NCBI RefSeq assembly: GCF_001194135.2
Contig: NC_068982.1
Span: 98,442,197-98,506,115 of the forward strand
Source: Octopus bimaculoides
Taxonomy: Eukaryota
Length of the DNA stretch: 63,919 nt
Direction: 5' to 3'
Shown: piece after piece, positions 51,545 to 63,919 of the stretch
Position numbering within the stretch: position 1 is the stretch's first letter
Layout of the letters: every line of letters starts with the position of its first letter
Program-made: the position numbers and the translations under genes
The notes under the pieces: generated by a model
The model's database searches: none
The model's input: only the letters and a program-made list of their open reading frames with translations
Told to the model about the DNA's origin: nothing

Positions 51545-52578
51545 AATAATAGCAATAACAAAAACAACTTCAAAAATATCTACAACAACGTTAATAATTA
51601 TGACGATACAAATCGTGGCAAAGACACCTGTAACATTAGCAACTGCCAACAAACAACCTTGTCATTAGCAATGATCGCAAGAAGTAACATTTGCAATATT
51701 AACATCAACGATAGCAACCTTAAGAGAAACAACAACAATATCTCAATAACAACAGTAAGATTACCGCCAGGAGAAAGCCATAGCAACGACAACAACAATA
51801 TAAATAATAATAATAATAACAATAGCAACTTAAGGAGCAGTAACAATAATATAAACATCAGCAGCGACACCAGCAATATTGATAACAGTAACGTTAGCAA
51901 TCAGAAAATATCAACTATACCAACAAACAACAAACACAACAACAACAACAACAACAGCGTCAACTGTTACAACAGCAGTAACAACAACTGCCGCAGTAGC
52001 ATGTGTACCAACAGCAACGAGAGAAATTACTGCAGTAACCACAACAACAACAATGTCTGCGTCAGTGAAATGATTGCACCAACAACTGCAGCAATCTCAA
52101 CAACTGCAGTAGGTGGTGGTGGTGGTGGTGGTGGTAGGAGGGGGTAGGGGGGTAGGAAGAGCAATAAGGGCGATGGGAATATAAACAAGTTGAGAAATAA
52201 TAATAATAATAATAATGTCAATAATAACTGTATTGATGTATAATAACTGCAGCAGTAGAGACAACGTCGACAACAGCAGCAACAGCATGATGAATAATAA
52301 CAACATCATCATCAGCAGCAGCAGTAGCAGTAGCAGTAGCAGAAACAGCAACAGCAAAAACAAAAAACAAAAACAGCAGCAGTAGCAACAACAACCACAG
52401 CAGCATAAATGTTAGCAAGCAACTGCAGCAACGGAAATAACAACAGCAGTGATTACAACTGCAGCAGGTTTTAACACCATTAACATCAACAGGTGCATCT
52501 GGAACAACAGCAAATAGTTGCAATGGGAGCAACTGCAGCAGCAGTAAGAACGTTAACAAAAGCAGCAGCAGCAGCAGC

Positions 52579-52610
<32 letters not shown>

Positions 52611-52657
52611 CAACAACAACAATAATAATAATAATAATAATAACAATAATAATAATG

Positions 52658-52715
<58 letters not shown>

Positions 52716-52761
52716 TGATGATGATGATGATGATCATGATGATAATAATAATAATAATAAC

Positions 52762-52816
<55 letters not shown>

Positions 52817-52817
<1 letters not shown>

Positions 52818-53030
52818 TTTCTACTAAAGGCACAAGGCCAGACATTTTTTGGGGGTGGGGCGGGTAAGTCGATTACATCGACTCCAGTACTCAGCTGGTA
52901 CTTATTTTTTATCGACCTCGAAAGAATGAAAGGCAAAGTCAACCTCAGCGGCATTTGAACTCGGAACATAAACACGAACGAAACGCCAATAAGCGTTTTG
53001 CTCATCATGCAAACGATTCTGCCAGCTCTC
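52817..53030 (-). mobile_element. SINE family C, degenerate
   Basis: Reverse-complement homology to 34510-34706. Confidence 0.8.
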
Positions 53031-54686
53031 GCTGCCTTAATAATGATGGTGATGATGATGATGATGGTGACGGTGACGACATTAACAGCCTCAGTAAAAA
53101 CTGGAGCAGCCGCAGCAATGAGTACAACAGCAACTGCAGCAACAGCAGCAGCAGCATTAACGGCAACAAAAGGAACTGCAATAATAGAAAGTAAGCGAGG
53201 GGATCCCCTATAGTATTGCTTGACATGCTAGAAGCAGTAGCCAGTTCCCCCTGAAATCGTTTTTAGCAAAAGAAGTGTTACGCTGATCCTGAACAATTGT
53301 GGCTGACCTGGAGCAAAGTCACAACAATAATAATAACATGAACAAGAATAGCAAATAGAAGCAACTGCAGCAAGAACACAAAGTGCAACATCGGCAACAA
53401 TGACAACAACATCACTGCCGCAAACAGCGACGGTAACATAGGAAACAAGAAGCACATTGCCAAGACTAACGTAGACAGTAACAACATCAACAATACAAAC
53501 AAACAGCAACACCCGACATCGCTTGTACAACGACACCAGTGCCGCCACCTCCACCATCAACCACAGTAACGTCAGCGCCGATGCGGACACCAACGCCACC
53601 AGCGTCTCTAACATTAGTACAACAAGAAAAGCAAGTTCACAGTTACAAACAGCACCACCACCAATAATGACAACAATAGCAACAGCAGCGACACCTACAG
53701 CAAGATTAACAGCATTGGCAATATTAAAACCGCCATCACCAGCATCATCAATCGCCAACACCAAGAACAAGACCAACAATAAATATATCAACGCTACCAG
53801 CATTAACACCTTCACCGCCAACGTCAGCAAAGCCAACGCCGACATCAACGCCACCTATAGCAGCAGCAACAGCAGCAGCAGCAGCAGCAGCAGCACAACG
53901 TTGACACTACCAATACCGACATCAATATTACCGTCGTCACCAATAACAACAACATCAGCGACACCTGCATCAGCAGCAGCAGACAGCGCCGAGAAGTAGC
54001 AGAAGTCGAAGACGGACAACAACATTGCCTTGAGTGTCGGTGTGAGGAGAAGGTAATGTGTACTGTGAAAGGACAGCATTATCGATTAGTAGCGCCTGTC
54101 TAGTGTGCCGTAGGTCCATGACTCACTCGGTGCTGGGTGAAATTGTTCACACTATTGCATTGGCCGTTCATCACTACACACTTCGTCATCGCCTTCCTAC
54201 TGTTGCTGCTGTCGCTGCTGCTGCTGCTGCTGCTGCAGCTGCTCCTGCTGTCGACGATGGTGCAGATGTTGTTGTTGTTGTTGTGTAAGTAGTGGTAGTG
54301 GTGGTGGCGGCGGCGGCGGCAGCGGATGTGGTTATTGGCGTTGGTTGGTAATGATGTTGCGAATGTTTAATCTGGCAAACATGGCTGCTGGTGGTGTTGC
54401 ACAATTTTGTTTGTTACCCTTGCTGATTGTCGTTATTGTTGCTCTTGATGTAGGTATAGCTGGTAATATTGTTGTTAATGTTGCTATTGTAAATGGTGGT
54501 GGTGGTGGTGGTGGGGCAGTTATGAGATTTTTTTTTGATGATGCAGTGATGGCTGTCGTTAGTAGTGGCTGTAAATATTAATATATTATTATTATTAATT
54601 AAATATTATTATTATCATTGTCCTTTAATATTTTGATTTATATTAGCCCTTGTGGCCAATAAAAGAATTATTATTATTATTATTAA

Positions 54687-54746
<60 letters not shown>

Positions 54747-55058
54747 CATCATTATTTCCCCTGGGCAGTTAATGTCACAGAGCCTTCTTACACGCGCTGC
54801 TTGTTGTTGTTGTTGTTGTTGCTGCTTAGCCCCCGGATAATTTTGATCCAATTGACACATAATCAAAGACATTCAAAGCATAACCATCTGCTAGATGTTA
54901 CATCTCAGGCTGCAGTTTCCAAGATATTTTTTCATTTTTAGGTGGCAGTAAGGTTTTCTTTAAGAGAGAATTTAGATGCTGTTCAAAGCAGGCCCATAGA
55001 CCACTTGGAGGTCTATTTTAGTGTGGAGGTCTATGTTAGTGTGTTAGTGTAATGGAGT

Positions 55059-55434
55059 GGAGGCGCAATGGCCCAGTGGTTAGGGCAGCGGACTCGCGGT
55101 CATAGGATCGCGGTTTCGATTCCCAGACCGGGCGTTGTGAGTGTTCATTGAGCGAAAACACCTAAAGCTCCACGAGGCTCCGGCAGGTGAACCCTGCTAC
55201 TATACTCTTTCACCACAACTTTCTCTCACTTTTACTTCCTGTTTCTGTTGTGCCTGTAATTCAAAGGGTCAGCCTTGTGACACTGTGTCACGCTGAATAT
55301 CCCCAAGAACTACGTTAAGGCTACACGTGTCTGTGGAGTGCTCAGCCACCTTCACGTTAATTTCACGAGCAAGCCGTTCCGTTGATCGGATCGACTGGAA
55401 CCCTCGACGTCGTAAGCGACGGAGTGCCAACAAC
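55059..55434 (+). mobile_element. SINE family B
   Basis: Near-identical to 29878-30255, with a short internal deletion and a (CAA) tail. Confidence 0.92.
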
Positions 55435-55959
55435 AGTATTAGTGTAACAGTAGTGTGATAATGTAGTGATGACTATGTTAATGTAGTAGTATCTATTGGC
55501 TTCGAAGTGCTTTAAAAAAATTAAAACACACACGCACGCACACACACAGACACCACACACACATACAACCACACATAAACACAGATACACGCACATGCTT
55601 TATTTTTAAAATACTACTTTTTTAAAAAGTATTTTTCAAATTACTAGTTTTAAAAATATTCGAAATATTATTTTAAATATTACTTTAAATTTTACTTCAA
55701 CAACAATACAATTTCCTGAGGTCAGGTCTTAGAGTAGCTTCATTAGTATGAAGTTTAAGATGCTTGGAGTATTTTCACCAGAGCTAGAAATGAAATGAAA
55801 AACGTGTATTGAAACAGTCGTTTTTGCACGTGTTGCTTGTACAATATTTAAAAATCATTATGATAAGCATAATGTTACTTTCATGTAACATTCCAAAATA
55901 CTAAATATTCAAGCAACAGATAATTGAAGAGAAAATTCTCTATAAAGTTTATCTTACCC

Positions 55960-56900
55960 ATCGTTTGGTTCCATCTACTAAAAACTTTTCATTCTACATG
56001 TCAATAACGTATTTGATGTTATGCCCCCAAACGCTCGTTCTTTTGCTGATGATACCATGCCTTTCCTAACCTTCTGAATCTTAAACACCATCCACATGCA
56101 ACTTAACATCTCACACCAAACTTGCACTGATTCTAGGAACAGAGTATTCAAATGTGTCGGCCAAAACATCGTGCTAATCTTGTCTCATTCAACAGCAAGA
56201 GCAGAAGCACTGCTTCTATCATGGAGAACTCTATCGTGCCTCTTCCACCTTAAACAAGAGACGTACACAACCAGAACCCTAGCAATCACTTCTAATGCCT
56301 CTTTACCACTGATGATCTCTTATGGCACACACGCATTCTTATCATAGCTAGGACCGCATATTAAAGCCTGGTCTTCGAGACCAGAAACTTAATTTAACCT
56401 TCCACGATTACAAACCTTCTACGAAGCTTCTGTATCGGGAACGCGGACGCTACCGCTACTGCTGTATGCACAGACATGTTGGATTGTATCCAGACGGATA
56501 CAATTTAGGATGAATGTGTATGCAGACTGATTGAAATCAGTCTAAGGCCACTTGACTGATTGGCATAAAACCAATCACACACACGCTAGGTAAGCTATTT
56601 CTTTTCTGTGTCTTTTCTATCATCACTATAGTGGCCGCTGGTTGACATCATCTCACCTCTACTCAGATACCTGCAACTCATACGTCTCCACTCCTCTCAC
56701 CCTGCATGTTGTGTCCACCCAAGCCTCTTTCTATCCACTATTCCTACTACCCCTTCCTCCCAAGAATGTTGGATCTCGAGAATTCTCTCTCTCACATGTT
56801 TTCCCTGAAGTATTTGACTTGTAACAGTTTAAGTACAACGTTAACTGCATCAATCTTACCTGTTTCAGAGTTTCTGCAAAAGCTCATGGATTATAACCTC
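55960..56900 (+). mobile_element. Degenerate CR1/L2/Jockey-group LINE 3' part
   Basis: FILHVNNVFDVMPPNARSFADDT (RT catalytic motif, starting 55988) and the terminal SHVFPEVFDL*QFKYNVN motif. Confidence 0.65.
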
Positions 56901-57290
56901 TTCATCGAGACCTAATGAGTCACTTATTTGACTGAAAATCATGGCTTTTTAAAGATTACCACTTAAATATTTACAAACATAGCCGAGTGCACAAATAATT
57001 TTAGGTAGAAATGAGCGTATATAAACTGTAGGTTTCTAAGCAGCTGTCTGTAAATTCATGATTTTAATTTTCAGGTTCAAGCAACTATAAAATGATTGTT
57101 GTGTTTGCAAATGGGTGGAATTTTGGTTGGAATGTTCTGCATATTCATTGAATTGATAACTTGCTATGTCTTCAGTAACAAAGGTACTCTTTCTATTTAT
57201 CCTAGTGCAGTCTTTCCTCCGAGTGCAGCAACAGCATCATGGAGAATTTTAGGGTTCCACTCAATCTTTTGTTTCTTTTCTTTTAGATAC

Positions 57291-57324
<34 letters not shown>

Positions 57325-58529
57325 TGTATGTATGTATGTGTGTGTGTGTGTGCGTACGTACGTATCCTCATAACATATAGACACAACGCTAACCAGAAGG
57401 TCTTGAAGAACATTGGTTACAATTCTGTGGGAATTGCTGGAAAGAAATGCCAATTCAAATGTGCCGTTGACCGATTCAAAGTAACTGTTTCTCGGGTAAT
57501 TTTTACAAATTAATTGGTTTGTCGAGAACTTACAGAAACGATACAAAAAGAACTTCCTAGTTACACTGAGCAGTTACTGAATCAATATGAAGACAATTTA
57601 CTGAGCATCTATTAGGAGAACAGTGTACATTGGGGTAACAGAGTTTTAAATACATCATAGTGATAACATTTTGCCAGCCCAATTAAATTTGTAGAGCCCA
57701 GTAAGTGATTTCAATTGTAGAGACACTTGGAAATCAACATTTACACCTGTCACTCACACGTGATGTGAAATAAGATTATGCTATCAGCAGTTTTCGTCTA
57801 AATCAGGGCTTCTCAAATTATTACTTGACACGGATCTTGTAGCAAAATTTAATTTTCATGCAGCTTCATACTAACCAAACCCCCCAAACATATTAAATCA
57901 CAAGGCGTAACTAATTTACAAGTGTTTCATATAACGTGCATGAGAAAATATCAGAGAAACCATAAATACAGACGCACCTTCAACATTAGACTGTTTTTGA
58001 TGAGAAAAAGTTTGGTGAGCATTGAGAAGATCATGTACATAGGTTACAGGTTTGTGAGTTTGAGCTGCAAAATCAATACGTTTTATGTTCAAAGTGTTCT
58101 TCCGTTTGCTTAATAAATATTGAACATGACTAAATCCAGTACGATATCTGGCAACTATTCTACTTGATCTAGCGAACTTTGTTCTCTTGATATAAAGGGA
58201 GTTTTAAAAGTAAAATAATACATTTACTCTGTGGACCCCTAAGTTTTTATTTGCCCCTTCTAAAATACTCTCACCCTGGAGTCTATCTATATTGACCACT
58301 TTGAGCAGCTCCGGTTTAATTCAACGTGATCTACATCACCTGCGTATGTGCATGTGTGTGTGTGTGCATGTGCGCGCGCGCTCGTGCGTATGTGTCTGTG
58401 TGTCCGTGCACGTGTGCGTGTGTGCCTGTGTGTGCGCGCGCGCACAAAGCAAAAGCGGAAAACTAGTATACTTAATAATTACATAATTAAAAATATGTAA
58501 AATATTATATTCTGCTTTTCACAATGTGC

Positions 58530-58780
58530 TCAAGTGTTACGCTTTTAACAACGTCAACTATGGAATGAAATGAAAGACATAATCGAAATATTTGGCAACA
58601 GGAAACATGTAGGAGGAGCGTTACACATTCAATAACGTTAACTATGGAACGAAATCTGGGACATAATCAAAATGTTTAACAAAGTGAAATAAATAAGAGC
58701 GTCACACAACCAACATCAACTATGGAACAACATCGAAAACATAATTCAAATTTTTTACATCATGAAACAATTTTAAGAAG
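58530..58780. repeat. Three diverged tandem units of about 80 bp
   Basis: AACTATGGAA at 58556, 58640 and 58718 (periods 84 and 78), each followed by ACATAAT. Confidence 0.75.
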
Positions 58781-58925
58781 ATCTATATACTTCTATATCA
58801 AAATGAGAAGATAAACATTTATCAAATTTATAAAACGTGCAATTTCCACAGGTCTCGCTAGTTTATATTATTTGCTTAAAGAAACACTATAAATTAAGAA
58901 TTATATCACAATACATACGTCTGGT

Positions 58926-59314
58926 GAGGTGCAATGGCCCAGTAGTTAGGGCAGTGGACTCACGGTCATAGAATCGCGGTTTCGATTCCCAGACCGGGCG
59001 TTGTGAGTGTTTATTGAGCGAAAACACCCAAAAAGCTCCACGAGGCTCCCGCAGGGGATGGTGGCGAACCCCGCTGTACTCTTTCACCACAACTTTCTCT
59101 CACTCTTACTTCCTGTTTCTGTTGTGCCTGTATTTCAAAGGGCCAGTCTTATCACACTGTGTCACGCTGAATATCCCCAAGAACTACGTTAAGGGTACAC
59201 GTGTCTGTGGAGTACTCAACCACTTGCACGTTGATTTCACGAGCAGGCTGTTCCGTTGATCGGAACAACTGGAACCCTCGACGTCGTAAGCGACGGAGTG
59301 CCAACAACAACAAC
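58926..59314 (+). mobile_element. SINE family B with a 10-bp target-site duplication
   Basis: TACGTCTGGT at 58916-58925 and 59316-59325; (CAA)n tail. Confidence 0.95.
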
Positions 59315-59731
59315 TTACGTCTGGTAATCTTTTTGATTAAATCCAGCTATAAGATAACGTGTTCGCCATTTGTAGACGAACTATTTGCATCTTCTACACT
59401 GCTAGCCTTTACAAAAGCGTATGACACTTGAAGCCTGGCTTGTCTTTTTATTTGAATGGTCCACCAGCAATACTTCTCTCATGTTACTTCATACATTCTT
59501 CCAACGTCCAATCTATCGTATGGGTCACTTTGAATATAGTTTATTCCAATGGGAAAGTAGTACCTTTGGGTATTTTGTGTAGCTTCTGATAAAACGAGTG
59601 CTAACTTCCATGTTTCTTTAACAGTACAGTTGACCGTTGAGAACCATCTTTATCTCGTGTTAATCATGTACTTAGTTGTTAATTCCGCCTCTTTCAAGGT
59701 GAAGGCGTGTCTTCTAAGGTGGAAAATGCGT

Positions 59732-59776
<45 letters not shown>

Positions 59777-59941
59777 TGTGTTTGTGCGTGTGTATGTGTG
59801 AGTGCGTACGTGTGTATGCATGTGTGTATGTGTGCGCGCGCGCGTGTGCGTTAAAACTTTTGTATGTGCGCGCGCGCGTGTGCGTTAAGACTTTTGTATG
59901 TGCGCGCGTACACACATATACATACATACATATATACATAC

Positions 59942-60292
59942 AATTTGAAGAAAAGCAACAAAAATGTATTAGGTTATAGCAGTACGTACGTTTCGTACAA
60001 ACTTCATTTATTTATGTAGTGAGAACACCACATAAGATGTGCAATGAAAATGTACTCCTCAGCTGCATAAGGGAAGTTTATTTCAGAAAGTCATTTTGTA
60101 AATGTGTGCAAATACAAGAGTAGGAGATGAAGAAAATACCATCTTGACTGGGCTGTTAATCAACAGTCTAGCTGAGAAGTACATTTTCATTGCACATCTT
60201 ATGTGGTGTTCTCACTACATAAATAATTGAAGTTTGTACGAAACGTACGTACTGCTATAACCTAATACATTTTTGTTGCTTTACTTCAAATT
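59942..60292. mobile_element. Foldback element (about 123-bp arms, 105-bp unique spacer)
   Basis: 59942-60064 is the reverse complement of 60170-60292 with only a few mismatches. Confidence 0.85.
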
Positions 60293-60994
60293 TTATTCAC
60301 CAAATTTCTTGATTTTGTTTTTGGTTTTTACCCTACCAAATTCTGGTGCCTCAAACATTTTAAGTACCACATTTAATCTTTTGATTAAATCTATATTATT
60401 ATACATATATACATACGTCAGATTAAGTGAACTTGACGAAACGTTGAAGTCTCTGTCAATCTTTTGCTTATAAAAATTAATGTGATTCTACTCCACTGTA
60501 TGATCCCATACAAACTACTTCCACCTCGGATAAGTTGTTTCTGTTGATGTGAAATTTACCAATTAACAGTTTGTTAATACTTTCCAGGTTTTGATGACCA
60601 GCATGCAGATTCCATCAGGTTTTTAAATATTGTTACTAACATTGGACATGTCTAGTGACGATGTCATAATTAGTTCGATGTTATTGTTGCTCCAGGTGTC
60701 GGCCATGTTTGAGCAGACCTATGATCAAACACATTCAAAGCTATGACCTATCCCATCTTTTCCCCCCCATATGTAGAGGATTCTTGACAACGTTCTATAA
60801 TGAAGCCTTTTCTTCGAAGACGGGGTGTTATTTGAGGAAGAATTTTTTTCTCTGTAGATATATTTATATGTGTGTGCATGTGTTACCAATCTTCTTTTTT
60901 ATTCTTTGAAATTTTTTTGTAAACAAACATTTGATTCCTAACTAACAAAACTCCATTGTTGAAATTTGAACAACAACGATATCTTATATTGAAC

Positions 60995-61407
60995 TTTACT
61001 CTTTTACTTGTTTCAGTCTTTTGACTGCGGCCATGCTGGGGCACCACCTTTTAGTCGAGCAAATCGACCCCAGAACTTATTCTTTGTAAGCCTAGTACTT
61101 ATTCTATCGGTCTCTTTTTGCCTAACCGATAAGTTACGGGGACGTAAACACACCAGCCTCGGTTGTCAAGCGAAGTTGGGGGGACAAACACAGACACACA
61201 AACATATACACACACATACATATATATATATATATACATATATACTACGAGCTTCTTTCAGTTTCCGTCTACCAAATCCACTCACAAGGCTTTGGTAGGC
61301 CCGAGGCTATAGTAGAAGACACTTGCCCAAGGTGCCACGCAGTGGGACTGAACCCAGAATCATGTGGTTGGTAAGCAAGCTACTTACCACACAGCCACTC
61401 CTGCGCC
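60995..61407 (-). mobile_element. SINE family A, complete and ungapped
   Basis: Head ggcgcaggagtggctgtgtggtaagtagc, core, internal (TA)/(TG), tail. Confidence 0.95.
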
Positions 61408-62874
61408 TTTAGAAGAGTCTTGCAAATTTTTACTATTCTGCTTATATTTTATATTTTTCATGTACGTGTTAGCTGATAACTTTTTCTGAAAACCTCATAT
61501 TTCGGAGTTTACTCTTAGATATTTACTAATATAGTTGAGTGCACCAATAATAATAGTTATGAGAATTTAAAATCGGCATTGAGAAGCTTTAAGTTTTGGA
61601 GTAGTCACCCATAAAACATTCTCCCCATAATTTATTTTTTTTTAAATGTCCACATTTGTAGGGTGCTGACTATTTTTACTTTCCTGTCCGAAACACTTCT
61701 ATCAGCCATATTTGCACATGGCGGATTTTTATGGCATGATCCACCTATATTCTAAATGTTAATACGCATATGTACTTTGCAACAGAAGTATAGTTTCTAT
61801 ATGTATTCAGAGATATATTTCTTATGGATAGACTTGTATATATTTTTAGCTACAACATCTTGCCGAATCGGAAAATAGCACTTTAATGGCACTATTGGGA
61901 AGCTGCTGATGAAATGTGCGAAATGTACAATATCTTTCACATAAATTTTAGTATAATCGACATTTTTAGCCACATCTTGGGAATATAATGGTTTCACTGT
62001 CTTTTCTATTTATCAGGTATTTTGTCGATATCTCCTACACTTTGATTAAAAAAGCATAACCTTCGAATTCAGAGATGATATAATGATCACAAGTCCAAGA
62101 GAAGTTACAACTGTTAATGTTAGCATCGATCTCAAGTTTACAGGAAACATATGCATGCATAACTTTTCTTCGGTACGCTAAGTCTTTCTCTACGGGTCTT
62201 TGAGTGGTGCCATAGACACCTTGAGTAAGCCATGAACAATCAATGATTGTCTGCACTAGTCTCGGGCTCCTTCCCCGCTCTTTTCTTCTGAGATAAGAAT
62301 ATCAATATTGATGTCTGAATCTTGCGGATGTTAATATATTTTAAATGTTTGTATCAGTACCGGTGCTACAAACGCATCATGAGATAGTATCTTGCTGAAA
62401 AAGAGAAGCATTAACTGATATATATATATATATANNNNNNNNNNNNNNNNNNNNNNNNNNNNNNNNNNNNNNNNNNNNNNNNNNNNNNNNNNNNNNNNNN
62501 NNNNNNNNNNNNNNNNNNNNNNNNNNNNNNNNNNNNNNNNNNNNNNNNNNNNNNNNNNNNNNNNNNNNNNNNNNNNNNNNNNNNNNNNNNNNNNNNNNNN
62601 NNNNNNNNNNNNNNNNNNNNNNNNNNNNNNNNNNNNNNNNNNNNNNNNNNNNNNNNNNNNNNNNNNNNNNNNNNNNNNNNNNNNNNNNNNNNNNNNNNNN
62701 NNNNNNNNNNNNNNNNNNNNNNNNNNNNNNNNNNNNNNNNNNNNNNNNNNNNNNNNNNNNNNNNNNNNNNNNNNNNNNNNNNNNNNNNNNNNNNNNNNNN
62801 NNNNNNNNNNNNNNNNNNNNNNNNNNNNNNNNNNNNNNNNNNNNNNNNNNNNNNNNNNNNNNNNNNNNNNNTAT

Positions 62875-62916
<42 letters not shown>

Positions 62917-63299
62917 TCAGTCTGATAGAATATTCTTTGTGCACCATAGCTTTATATTATATATTTGCATCAATAAGTATTTGTTACAATCTCCGTGCAG
63001 AACAAAGATGATAGAAGCAACGTTAATGTAAAGCTTTTGGGTTTCATAAAGAGATTTTTCGTGATCAACTATCAAATATGAAGGATCCTAGTGGTGGTCT
63101 TCTACTTCCTGTCTACGTATGTAAGTTTCTGTTGTTTTTACTTTCCCTGTCTGTTGTAGCTCGTCGCTCAAACATCGGTGAAACTCTACCATTTTCCCTC
63201 TTTTACCGTCATCTTAACCCTGAAAATTTTTTTTATACAAAACGGTTGTCTCCTTGAGACAATTTCACTATTCTCTTTCTGCCGCTTTTATCAACTATG

Positions 63300-63590
63300 G
63301 ATATTCCTTTCGGTCAAATTCTGTCTGACTTCCAGCAGATGATCTGTTACATAATCCATTTCTTGGTCAGTACTGTAAATATTTCTTCAACAAAGAAAGT
63401 GTTATATCGGTGTCTCTATAACAGATCCATTGGATTTTTGTTAAAGAAACGTTAGTGGACTAATTGTAAAATAAATAGAAGTACAAACAGGCTTCCACCT
63501 TGACATATTCCCTTTGAAATAATTCTAACATCGGAGATAATCCTTCTGCTTTCTGTTGACCAGGTCTTGATGAGACGTTCAATAGCAGCA
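63300..63590 (-). mobile_element. R4/Dong-like RT relic homologous to 11330-11520
   Basis: Minus strand agacctggtcaac...tctccgatgttagaattatttcaaagggaatatgtcaagg aligns to agacttggtcaac...tctccaatgttacaaatatttcaaagggaatattccaagg. Confidence 0.65.
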
Positions 63591-63613
63591 ACTTAGGTAC
63601 GGTTTTTTTATGT

Positions 63614-63919
63614 GGAGGCGCAATGGCCCAGTGGTTTGGGCAGCGGACTCGCGGTCATAGAATCGCGGTTTCGATTCCCAGACCAGGCGTTGTGAGTGTT
63701 TATTGAGCGAAAATACCTTAAGCTCCACGAGGCTCTGGCAGGGGATGGTGGCGAACCCTGCTGTACTCTTTCACCACAACTTTCTCTCACTCTTACTTCC
63801 TGTTTCTGTTGTGCCTGTAATTCAAAGGGTCAGCCTTGTCACGCTGTGTCACGCTGAATATCCCCGAGAACTACGTTAAGGGTACACGTGTCTGTGGAGT
63901 GCTCAGCCACTTTCACGTT
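63614..63919 (+). mobile_element. SINE family B, cut by the window end
   Basis: Near-identical to the other family B copies. Confidence 0.92.

Larger units (their letters stand above)
49035..54760. repeat. Multi-kb cryptic trinucleotide-periodic low-complexity region (AAC/AGC/AAT/ACC/GAT)
   Basis: Direct reading; contains pure (AAT)n, (TAG)n and (GGT)n runs and embedded TE fragments. Confidence 0.85.

Noticed and set aside
57360-57610. Short protein-like frames (e.g. ELTETIQKELPSYTEQLLNQYEDNLL)
   Set aside because: No recognisable motif or consistent splice signals; compatible with chance in AT-rich DNA.
58530-58780. CRISPR-like repeat-spacer appearance
   Set aside because: Eukaryotic context, only three degenerate units, the 'spacers' are homologous to each other, and no cas genes.

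Overview
Repeat-dense, AT-rich eukaryotic DNA from a gapped short-read-type assembly. There are about 23 N-gaps totalling roughly 9.5 kb, most of them flanked by (TA)n or (CA)n. The SINE families and the (CA)n/(CATA)n/(TAA)n load strongly suggest an Octopus genome; this is recognition from memory, not a database search. I found no confidently supported host protein-coding gene, so the window looks intergenic or intronic. It contains: many copies of three tRNA-derived SINE families; a nearly full-length but dead RTE/BovB-like LINE ending in three C2H2 fingers; R4/Dong-type (RLE) LINE fragments sitting in (TAA)n and (CATA)n microsatellites; CR1/L2-like LINE relics; several Tc1/mariner/maT elements and MITEs; a probable hAT relic; Penelope-type terminal repeats with hammerhead-like motifs; a 91-bp mini-Helitron; four foldback elements; and kb-scale trinucleotide-periodic tracts. 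The most notable item, invisible in the ORF track, is a full-length (~300 nt) 7SL/SRP RNA copy on the minus strand (15393-15692). It is followed by an A-rich linker and a SINE 3' tail, so it is either a retrocopy or a 7SL-SINE chimera. Almost all long ORFs in the supplied track are artefacts of N-runs or microsatellites.
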